A stretch of 64,000 nucleotides of DNA from an uncultured Acidimicrobiaceae bacterium (lineage in GTDB: Bacteria; Actinomycetota; Acidimicrobiia; Acidimicrobiales; CAIXPF01). How positions within the stretch are numbered: the first letter of the stretch is position 1; each line of letters starts with the position of its first letter. Location: positions 461,402-525,401 of the forward strand of contig CAVZHK010000001.1 of the NCBI GenBank assembly GCA_963775055.1, read 5' to 3'. A program made the translations under genes and the position numbers. This document shows, in pieces, positions 57,039 through 64,000 of this stretch. Below the pieces are notes generated by a model. That model had not been told where the DNA came from. It did not search any database and saw nothing but the letters and a program-made list of their open reading frames with translations.

Positions 57039-57706
57039 CCGTCGACGTCATCCGTTTGGTGATTGCGGACGACCATCCCGTCTACCGCGACGGACTCGCC
57101 CGGCTGCTCGCCGAGATCGGCGGTTTCGACGTGGTCGGTGTTGCTGCCGACGGCCTCGAGGCAGTCGAGCGAGCTGCCTCGCTCGCTCCTGACGTCGTCG
57201 TGATGGACATTCGCATGCCGAACCTCGACGGCATCGAGGCTACCCGTCGAATCACCTCGGCGAACCCGAGCACGGGTGTGGTCGTGCTCAGCATGTTCGA
57301 GGAAGACGAACTCGTTTTCGCCGCGGTCCGAGCCGGAGCCCGCGGCTACCTGTTGAAGGACGCCGACGAGGACCAGATCGCCGCGGTGCTACGAGGGATC
57401 GCCCACGGCGAGGCGATCTTCGGTCCGACAACGGCGCGCCGTTTGCTGGAGATGCTCGGACGGGTGCCGAACCAGCCCGATCGCCCAGCGCCCGACCCAT
57501 TCCCACAGTTGACCGAACGCGAACGCGACGTTCTCGAGCTGCTCTCACGCGGAAAGCGCAACGCAATGATCGCCGGCGAGCTGTTCCTCAGCGAGCGGAC
57601 AGTGCGCAACTACGTGTCGAACATCTTCACCAAACTGCAGGTAGCCGATCGTGCCCAGGCAATCGCAGCCGCCCGCGACGTCGGCATCGGCCAGCCACCG
57701 AAGTAG
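57035..57706 (+). CDS. LuxR/NarL-family response regulator
   Basis: The receiver domain has VIADDHPVYRDG...VVVMDIRMPNLDG. The C-terminal HTH has LTERERDVLELLSRGKRNAMIAGELFLSERTVRNYVSNIFTKLQV. The start overlaps the kinase stop. Confidence 0.9.
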   Translation: MTVDVIRLVIADDHPVYRDGLARLLAEIGGFDVVGVAADGLEAVERAASLAPDVVVMDIRMPNLDGIEATRRITSANPSTGVVVLSMFEEDELVFAAVRAGARGYLLKDADEDQIAAVLRGIAHGEAIFGPTTARRLLEMLGRVPNQPDRPAPDPFPQLTERERDVLELLSRGKRNAMIAGELFLSERTVRNYVSNIFTKLQVADRAQAIAAARDVGIGQPPK

Positions 57707-57968
57707 CGCACGAAGCCGAGCTCGACTGCCTCACCGACGCCGGTCGCCTCGCCATAGGGGCAAGCCAACCAAAGTCACGTCGAGAACTCAACACACTACA
57801 CGTCCGGGAACCAGTCCGCGAACACGCTCTCATCGACCACTCGACCCAGGTTCATCGCGTAGAGCCGGATCAGTGGAAGCAGCCCGAGACGGTGCCGGTG
57901 CCTTGACGAATCGATGTGAGTGACTGGACATGAGATGCTCCTTTCGGAACGGTTTGGGGTAACAGTGG

Positions 57969-58445
57969 TCAGTCGCAGTTGAAGACGCCGTAGGCCTCGC
58001 CGAGTTGGTCGAGTTGCGTGCGGCCCGGTAGGTCTTGCTGCTCCGCGTTCACCATGGCATCGGCGAAGGCGGGCTCCGTGGCAGCGAGGTCAAGGCCGTC
58101 GGCGATGACATCGGCGGCAAGCGCTATGGCCTCGGCGACGAGCTCGTCGCCTTCGGGCGGCGTCAGGGCGCGGAAGGCGGCGATGTGCTCGCGGTAGATG
58201 GGCCCGAACTCGGCCGAGAAAGCTGCCAGTTCAGCGGCGGTTGGTGGGTCGGACGTGATCGTTCGTGAGCCGATCTCGTCTCGGACGCCGCCGAGCTGGT
58301 CGCAGAAGATGAGGTCGGCCTGCTCAACGAACTGCGTCTTCGATGGTCCTGACGCGGTGTCATCGTCGCCGCATCCGGCCACGACCCCGATCAGCGCGGC
58401 CCCCAATACCGCTGCCGTTACCAGTCTCCGGCTTCCGTCGTGCAT
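57969..58445 (-). CDS. lipoprotein of unknown function
   Basis: Translation from the ATG at 58445 reads MHDGSRRLVTAAVLGAALIGVVAGCGDDD, which includes a lipobox. It is divergent from the second kinase gene. Confidence 0.55.
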   Translation of the reverse strand: MHDGSRRLVTAAVLGAALIGVVAGCGDDDTASGPSKTQFVEQADLIFCDQLGGVRDEIGSRTITSDPPTAAELAAFSAEFGPIYREHIAAFRALTPPEGDELVAEAIALAADVIADGLDLAATEPAFADAMVNAEQQDLPGRTQLDQLGEAYGVFNCD

Positions 58446-58597
58446 GTGTCGCTCCCATTCGCTCGTGGACAATCAGAGCGTCGGGTTGGCGCCGTCCCGG
58501 TGTCATGGTGCTGGAGCCACCGCGCTGGCGGGCAAGACGCCCGGGGCACCCGAGGCCGCAGTCCCCAGACATCGGGACGGTCCAACGATCATGATGG

Positions 58598-60628
58598 GTG
58601 GCGATGAACTCCCTTTCAACGACGCGTGGATCAGAGGCCGAGGCGGCTAGCGCATGGTGGCCGCTGGCAGCAGTCGTTGTTTGCTTCGCGATCGTGCCGA
58701 CGAGCATGACGCTCGCGTGGCGGTCCTTCGAGACCGAGGGCCAGGACCTGTGGGCGAATGTCGGGCTTGCCGTGGCTTGTCCCGCTGCAGGTGCGTTGAT
58801 CCTGCGGAGGGTTCACAACCTCGTTGGATGGCTGCTGATCGAGGCAGGTGTCGCCGCTTCTATCTTGCTGATCACGCTCACCTACGCCGAGCGTGCGCTT
58901 GTCGACCGGCCCGGATCACTCCCGGCAGGATCGTTCGCCGCGTGGGTAGCTAACTGGGCGTGGGTGCTCGGCTTTCTCCCCGTGATGACTCTTCTGCCCT
59001 TGCTGTTCCCCGACGGTGAGGTCCTGTCGCGGCGGTGGCGATGGTTCGTTGGGGTAGCGGTGGCTGCGATCGCCATCGGAGTCCTTGGCGGGATGTTGAT
59101 GCCGGAGATTCCGATCCGCGACCGTGAGCCCATCGCCAACCCGCTTATCCGAGTTGACCTTGGCGCCATCACCGGCATCGCCGAGACGCTATTCGCGCTC
59201 TGCGTTCCTGTCGGCCTACTCTCCGGCCTTGCGGCCGTCGTCGTGCGGTGGCGCCGAGGCTCGGTGAGTGTCCGCCAACAGCTGAAGTGGCTGGTGCTCG
59301 CGATATTGGCGGTCGCCGCGGCCGTGACCGTCGGCACGGTGCTGCTGGCCGGTGTCGCCGAGGGTGTCGCCGCCGCCGTCGCAGTGGCGTTGCTCCCCGC
59401 TGCGATCGCAGTGGCCGTCGTTCAGCATCGGCTCTACGACATAGACGTTCTCGTGAACCGCGCTCTCGTCTACGTGATCGCGGGCGGACTGTTACTCGCC
59501 GCGTACCTCGCGGTCGTCGCAGCGGTGGCGGCGGTCATCGACGGCGCTGTGGTCGGACCGGCCCTGGGCACTGGTGTAATCGCCGTGGCCTTCGCGCCGG
59601 TGCGCGTCCATGTGCAACGACGGGTCAACCGGTTCCTCTACGGCGACCGCGGCGACCCGGCCACAGCGCTCGATCGCCTTGGCTCCCGGCTGGCCGAGCT
59701 CGGCGACGCTGAGCGACTGCTGGACACGTTGGCAGGCACCATCGCCGAAGCCCTTCGGGTGCCCTATGTGGTTGTGTCAACCGTCGACGGCCAGACGGGA
59801 AGCGTTGGGCGCCGACCGGCCCGGTGGATGCATGTCGACCTCGTCGACCGAGGCGAACCGATGGGCACGCTCAAGATCGGGCGTCGAAGTGAACGCGAGC
59901 GGTTTTCCCGCGACGACGAACGTCTGGTGGAGGTCCTCGGGCGACAAGCCGCGCTCGTCCTGCGCGCCGAGAACCTTCAGCACGACCTCAGGCGTGCCCA
60001 AGCCCGTCTGATCGCCGCCGTGGAGGATGAGCGTCGCCGTCTTCGGCGCGACCTGCACGACGGGCTCGGCCCCACCCTGGCCGGTATTGCCCTCAGCTCC
60101 GCCGCCGTCGCCAACATGCTGGAGGGCCACGACGTTCCCGCGAAGGCGAGCGATCGGCTCAAACGAATCGGCGAACAGGCCCAGGCTGCGGCGGAGGACA
60201 TCCGCCGACTCGTCTACGGGCTACGCCCTCCGGCCCTCGACGAGCTCGGGCTCGTCGGCGCGTTGTCGGCTCACGCCGCGACACTCGGCGGTCCCGCCGG
60301 CATCGGAGTCTCTGTCCAAGCCGACATCGACGACGCCGAGCTGCCAGCCGCGATCGAAGTGGCGGTTTTCCGGATCGCATGCGAAGCGCTGGCCAACACC
60401 GTCCGCCATAGCGACGCCGCCGCCGCGTCGCTGAAAATGTGGATCGACGGGTCGATACACCTCGAGGTACGCGACGACGGCCGGGGCCTTGCCGCCGGTT
60501 GGCAACCCGGCGTCGGCATCACCTCCATGCGCGAGCGGGCCGCCCAGTTAGGCGGCACTCTCTGTGTCGCGTCCAGCCGGACCGGCGGCACGATCGTCGA
60601 GGCCCAGCTCCCCATGGAGCTCCTATGA
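58598..60628 (+). CDS. membrane-bound sensor histidine kinase, paralogue of 55047..57038
   Basis: The 676-aa ORF has the same architecture. It has HRLYDIDVLVNRALVYV, a GAF-like middle region, the H-box RRRLRRDLHDGLGPTLAG, and the ATPase motifs ALANTVRHS, DDGRGL and GVGITSMRERA. Confidence 0.85.
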   Translation: MAMNSLSTTRGSEAEAASAWWPLAAVVVCFAIVPTSMTLAWRSFETEGQDLWANVGLAVACPAAGALILRRVHNLVGWLLIEAGVAASILLITLTYAERALVDRPGSLPAGSFAAWVANWAWVLGFLPVMTLLPLLFPDGEVLSRRWRWFVGVAVAAIAIGVLGGMLMPEIPIRDREPIANPLIRVDLGAITGIAETLFALCVPVGLLSGLAAVVVRWRRGSVSVRQQLKWLVLAILAVAAAVTVGTVLLAGVAEGVAAAVAVALLPAAIAVAVVQHRLYDIDVLVNRALVYVIAGGLLLAAYLAVVAAVAAVIDGAVVGPALGTGVIAVAFAPVRVHVQRRVNRFLYGDRGDPATALDRLGSRLAELGDAERLLDTLAGTIAEALRVPYVVVSTVDGQTGSVGRRPARWMHVDLVDRGEPMGTLKIGRRSERERFSRDDERLVEVLGRQAALVLRAENLQHDLRRAQARLIAAVEDERRRLRRDLHDGLGPTLAGIALSSAAVANMLEGHDVPAKASDRLKRIGEQAQAAAEDIRRLVYGLRPPALDELGLVGALSAHAATLGGPAGIGVSVQADIDDAELPAAIEVAVFRIACEALANTVRHSDAAAASLKMWIDGSIHLEVRDDGRGLAAGWQPGVGITSMRERAAQLGGTLCVASSRTGGTIVEAQLPMELL

Positions 60629-61278
60629 CCGGGAGCCCCACTCGCGTCCTTCTCGCCGATGACCACCCCGTGTTCCTCGACGGGCTCAGCGCGCTGCTCG
60701 AATCACGCGGCTTCGACGTCGTCGGCCAAGCGGCGACCGGACGCGAAGCGCTCTCGCTGGCCCGGGAACTCCGGCCCGACGTGGTCGTGATGGACCTCCA
60801 CATGCCCGATGTCGGCGGCGTCGAAGCCACGATCCAGATCACCCGGTCGGTACCGGAAACCGCCGTGCTCGTGCTCACCATGTTCGACGACGACACCTCC
60901 CTCGCTGCCGCGCTGCGAGCCGGGGCGCGCGGCTACCTGCTCAAAGGTGCGGGCCAAATCGAGATCGCCCACGCCATCGAAGCCGTCGCCCGCGGCGAAG
61001 CCATCTTCGGCCCGAGCGTCGCCGACCGCATCCTCGGTCGGTTCTCCGATCCGAACACGGACGCTCACCCGTTCCCCAACCTCACCGATCGCGAGCGCGA
61101 GGTGCTCGCGCTCCTCGCTGGCGCCTCATCGAACGCTCAAATCGCCCGCGCCCTCGCGCTCAGCCCCAAGACGGTCCGCAACCACGTGAGCAATATCCTC
61201 ACCAAGCTGCACGTCACCGATCGCACCCAAGCCGCGTTGCGCGCCAGCGAAGCAGGCCTCGGCCCCGCCCACACGTGA
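60625..61278 (+). CDS. LuxR/NarL-family response regulator, paralogue of 57035..57706
   Basis: The ATG at 60625 overlaps the kinase stop (ATGA). The ORF has [12 protein letters not shown]...[12 protein letters not shown] and [45 protein letters not shown]. Confidence 0.9.
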   Translation: MTGSPTRVLLADDHPVFLDGLSALLESRGFDVVGQAATGREALSLARELRPDVVVMDLHMPDVGGVEATIQITRSVPETAVLVLTMFDDDTSLAAALRAGARGYLLKGAGQIEIAHAIEAVARGEAIFGPSVADRILGRFSDPNTDAHPFPNLTDREREVLALLAGASSNAQIARALALSPKTVRNHVSNILTKLHVTDRTQAALRASEAGLGPAHT

Positions 61279-61370
61279 CCGCCGACCCCAGGTCATCGGG
61301 TTCTCCGTCGCGATCGTCGGCGTCACCGGCAACGCGGAACCTCAGGGAGCCGCCCCGAAAAACCGGGAGG

Positions 61371-62341
61371 CCGCCCGGGACGAACGGGGACTTGAGCATT
61401 CCACCTTGGTCGGCTATCGGGAGGTGTACGACAGCTGGCTGCGAGACCAGATCGGGCATCTGACAGCGGCCAAGCTCGACGGCGCCGCCCTTGACAACGC
61501 GTTCGGACGTATGCGCCGCGGCGGGATGTCCGACAGCCGCATGAACAACGCTCGGGCGTTGATCGCCGGGGCGTACAAGTGGGGCAAGCGCCACCACAGG
61601 GTCGCCGCCAACCCCGTCGACCGCTTCGAGCTTCCCACGAGCGCCAGTTCGCCCAAGCCGACCGCTACCCCTGAGCTGGACGAGCTGCTGCGCCTGCTGA
61701 ACGGCGCGGAGGACCACGATCCCGAGCTCGCCCCGGTACTCAAACTTGGCGCCACCACTGGCATGCGCCGCGGCGAGCTGTCCGGCCTGCGCCGCAACCG
61801 ACTCCGCCTCGACCGAGGCGAGCTGCTGGTGGACACCGCCATCAACGACGCCGGCGGGATCGTCGTGGAGAAGCCCACCAAGACCAACCGCAACCGCACC
61901 GTCAGCGTGGACCCCGTCACCATCAGCCTGCTCCGGGAGCACCTCGCGGACATGGACCAGCGCGCCGCCACCTGCGGCGTCGCCGTGGACGGGGACGGGT
62001 TCGTGTTCAGCCTCGACCCCACCTGCCGCACACCGATGAGACCCGAGCTGATGACCCGACGCATGCGCCAGCTCCGCAAGACCCTGGGCATCCAACCTGG
62101 CGAGTTCGACGCCACCATCCTTGCGCTACGCAAGTGGACCAGCACCGAGCTGATGGACGCCGGCTTCAATCCTTCCACCGTCAGTGGCCGACAAGGGCAC
62201 ACCGTCCAAGTCATGCTGGCCCATTACTCCACCCGCCGCCGCTCCGCCGACCAAGCCGCCGCCCAACACCTCGGCAACAAGGTCCACGGCCGCCGAGAAG
62301 ACCCCAGGCCACCTGACCGACGGCACGGAACTCCTCCGTAG
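61371..62341 (+). pseudogene. 5'-truncated tyrosine integrase, close paralogue of integrase B
   Basis: Collinear similarity to 45345-46270 starts abruptly at about 61371. In a ~236-nt stretch I compared by eye I counted 26 mismatches. The N-terminal ~170 codons, including the arm-binding and HNH-like parts, are missing. Confidence 0.8.
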
Positions 62342-62427
62342 GAACTTGTTGTTTCGGCACGCTCGGGACGCTTCGCAAACACGTCCACCACGCGCACCCC
62401 ACACCCAAGACGAGTTCCGAGCCCGAA

Positions 62428-62554
62428 ATGGAGCGACGCACGAAACTCGCGGCGGTGGTCGACCCGCCCCAACTCTCCTGGCTGGCCCACCAAGCCGCGA
62501 CCGCGCGATGACGATCCCGCAGAACTCGTCCGGCTCCTGCTCAGGCTCGCCTAG
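62428..62554 (+). pseudogene. ribbon-helix-helix (CopG-like) antitoxin remnant, frame break near 62508
   Basis: The first frame gives MERRTKLAAVVDPPQLSWLAHQAATAR and the next gives DDPAELVRLLLRLA*. This is a typical RHH beta-strand plus two helices. No recognisable toxin follows. Confidence 0.35.
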
Positions 62555-62757
62555 TAGATCCCCGAAGCCGGGATGCACCGAGCAGGGTGCTCAGACCGCA
62601 GGCCCTCGGCGCGAACAACAGAGTTTGAGACCAGTTTGGCGAAACCCTGGCATGACGGGCATGCGCCAGGCTGCGGGGCTGGCAATCCAACCTCTCGAAG
62701 TCCTCACAGCGCAAATGTCCCTTGCAAGACCCTGATCGGCATCGACCGCGGACGTGG

Positions 62758-62790
62758 TTGATTAGCCCTTGATTAGCCCATGATTAGCCC
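62758..62790. repeat. 11-bp tandem repeat x3 (ttgattagccc ttgattagccc atgattagccc)
   Basis: Read directly from the sequence. It is an AT-rich island about 110 bp upstream of the 62900 gene pair. Confidence 0.9.
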
Positions 62791-62899
62791 TCGTCCAACT
62801 CGTTGGGGAGCGCTCTGCCAATGACCACCACGACGCCCGACGTGAAGCCGAGCGACCCCGGCCAAAAGTGACCCGAGCAAGGGAGACAGAACCAGTCAC

Positions 62900-63088
62900 A
62901 TGGCCGATGGGAAGCTCTGCACAGCCGAGGAGATCGAGAGGCTGTCCCCGGACGAGCGGAACGAGATCATTCGGGCCGGGATCGTCACCGACCTGAGCCA
63001 CGTGCCCGAGGCTTTCCTCAAACGGGCGTGTGCCAACGTACTCGAACACCTCGCTTCCACTGAGTCCGCCACGACGTCGGACCAGTGA
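62900..63088 (+). CDS. small hypothetical protein, first gene of a two-gene (toxin-antitoxin-like) module
   Basis: The 62-aa ORF reads MADGKLCTAEEIERLSPDERNEIIRAGIVTDLSHVPEAFLKRA. Its stop overlaps the next start (GTGA). Confidence 0.4.
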   Translation: MADGKLCTAEEIERLSPDERNEIIRAGIVTDLSHVPEAFLKRACANVLEHLASTESATTSDQ

Positions 63089-63420
63089 ACGGGCGGCGAC
63101 CGGTCCGAGTCGATCCGCGCTTCCTGGAACAACTCGACGCCGGACTCGGCGAGGAACGCCGTTCAACGGAATACCGTCGCGCATCGACTTCTTCGAGCTA
63201 CCCGCAAATCGAGGATGACTTCGCGTTGCGCTTCGAGGAGCTATCGGGTGCCATCCCTGGCCGTCCCGACTATCGCCAGGCAATCACCACCGGTCGACTC
63301 ATTCCGGTGATGATTGCCATCGTCGGCCAGCTCAGCGCCTCTGTCCTACTGCTCGGCGTCGAGCTCCACCGTCGCCCGGCCTACTATCGGATGAGCCACT
63401 CTGTTCGGCAGTCAACCTAA
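63085..63420 (+). pseudogene. hypothetical protein, second gene of the module (possible ParE/RelE-like toxin), probably frame-disturbed around 63140-63200
   Basis: The ORF has VRVDPRFLEQLDAGLGEER, then IEDDFALRFEELSGAIPGRPDYRQAITTGRLIPVMIAIVGQLS...VLLLGVEL. An alternative frame gives PFNGIPSRIDFFELP in the middle part. Confidence 0.3.
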
Positions 63421-63475
63421 GGCTAAGTCGGCAATGCCCGCACGTCTGATACCGGTACCGGTGTAAGCTGGGCCC

Positions 63476-63796
63476 GTGGCTTCGGAGATCTACTCACGTC
63501 ACCTGATCCGAATGGCACGCCGTCAAGCGGGCCTAACTCAACAGGATCTCGCTGATCGCGCCGGCACCAGCCAAGCCGCCATCTCCGCCTACGAGGCCGG
63601 GCGGCGGTCTCCTTCAGTTGACACACTCTGCCGCGTCCTCGCGGCAGCAGGCTTCGAATTGCGCATGCGGCTGGCCGAACCAGACACCCACGACCAAGCT
63701 CGCCAACTCGCGGAGCTACTCCTTCCTGCCGACCAGTTGGCTGCGCACAACCACCGAGAACACCAGCGGGTAGAGCGGAGCCGTGCCAACGCCTGA
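63476..63796 (+). CDS. XRE-family helix-turn-helix protein (antitoxin-like)
   Basis: The 106-aa ORF has LIRMARRQAGLTQQDLADRAGTSQAAISAYEAGRRSPSVDTLCRVLAAAG. It overlaps the next gene by 14 nt. Confidence 0.7.
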   Translation: MASEIYSRHLIRMARRQAGLTQQDLADRAGTSQAAISAYEAGRRSPSVDTLCRVLAAAGFELRMRLAEPDTHDQARQLAELLLPADQLAAHNHREHQRVERSRANA

Positions 63797-64000
63797 GCTC
63801 GACGCCGCCGCGATCATCGGCGTCCTGAACCGGCATGGGGTCCGGTACGTCCTCATCGGCGGTGTCGCCGCTCAACTCCACGACCTCCCCGTCCCGGCAA
63901 CGGTTGACATCGACCTCACCCCAGCCCGGGACCGCCGGAACCTCGAACGACTCGCCGCAGCATTCGATGAACTCCGGGCAGGGCTGCTCACCAACGACCC
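63783..64000 (+). CDS. nucleotidyltransferase-fold protein (toxin-like partner of the XRE gene); 5' part only, runs off the window end
   Basis: My own translation from the GTG at 63783 reads VPTPELDAAAIIGVLNRHGVRYVLIGGVAAQLHDLPVPATVDIDLTPARDRRNLERLAAAFDELRAGLLTND. It is not in the ORF track because there is no stop in the window. Confidence 0.5.
   Translation, partial: MPTPELDAAAIIGVLNRHGVRYVLIGGVAAQLHDLPVPATVDIDLTPARDRRNLERLAAAFDELRAGLLTND

Noticed and set aside
57796-57931. A small minus-strand ORF with a good RBS (aaggag 7 nt upstream of the ATG at 57931), giving MSSHSHRFVKAPAPS. With one frame change it continues RHRLGLLPLIRLYAMNLGRVVDESVFADWFPDV*.
   Set aside because: The ORF is only 33 codons as written, and the longer version needs an assumed indel. 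There is no recognisable family, so the evidence is too thin for a feature call.
62762-63283. A 173-aa minus-strand ORF.
   Set aside because: It is antisense to the two overlapping plus-strand small genes, which have a coupled GTGA junction. Its product is a low-complexity Arg/Gly/Ser string.

Overview
This is a 64-kb window of a high-GC chromosome (roughly two-thirds G+C by eye) of Actinomycetota type. Many start codons are GTG or TTG, and long antisense shadow ORFs are common.

**1 to 35.6 kb: ordinary core genes.**
- A crotonase, SCP-x thiolase, DUF35 and gabD-like aldehyde dehydrogenase cluster.
- A RES/Xre toxin-antitoxin pair, three SDRs, folD, an esterase, an MFS pump and an NDMA-type alcohol dehydrogenase.
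- A family III CoA-transferase and a liv-type ABC importer with a fused LivM-LivG.
- An aromatic-catabolism neighbourhood: RraA-like aldolase, RidA, GlcG, an F420/LLM oxidoreductase, a hydratase, a MetE-like protein, a cyclase, and pcaHG-pcaB.
- A cyclophilin and hemW.

**35.67 to 36.0 kb: tRNA cluster.** tRNA-Arg(TCT), tRNA-His(GTG) and tRNA-Lys(CTT).

**36.0 to 50.5 kb: two integrase-bearing elements in tandem.** They are inserted at the 3' end of tRNA-Lys and are delimited by three direct copies of that 3' end.
- Element A is heavily decayed. It carries IS256, ISAzo13 and IS21 fragments and many frame-broken genes.
- Element B carries an apparently intact integrase, a second RES/Xre pair and a large AT-richer gene of unknown function.

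**50.5 to 64 kb: further accessory DNA.**
- An IS256 copy inserted in a small membrane-protein gene.
- A TacA/TacT-like toxin-antitoxin pair.
- A cupredoxin lipoprotein and two paralogous histidine kinase/LuxR regulator pairs.
- A 5'-truncated paralogue of the element B integrase.
- Three more toxin-antitoxin-like modules.

**Caveats.** At least 25 single-nucleotide frame breaks are needed to restore otherwise recognisable genes, and these include core genes. Sequence quality versus real pseudogenisation must therefore be resolved before any biology is inferred. No CRISPR array, rRNA or recognisable riboswitch was seen. All family assignments come from my own reading of the translations. No database search was run.
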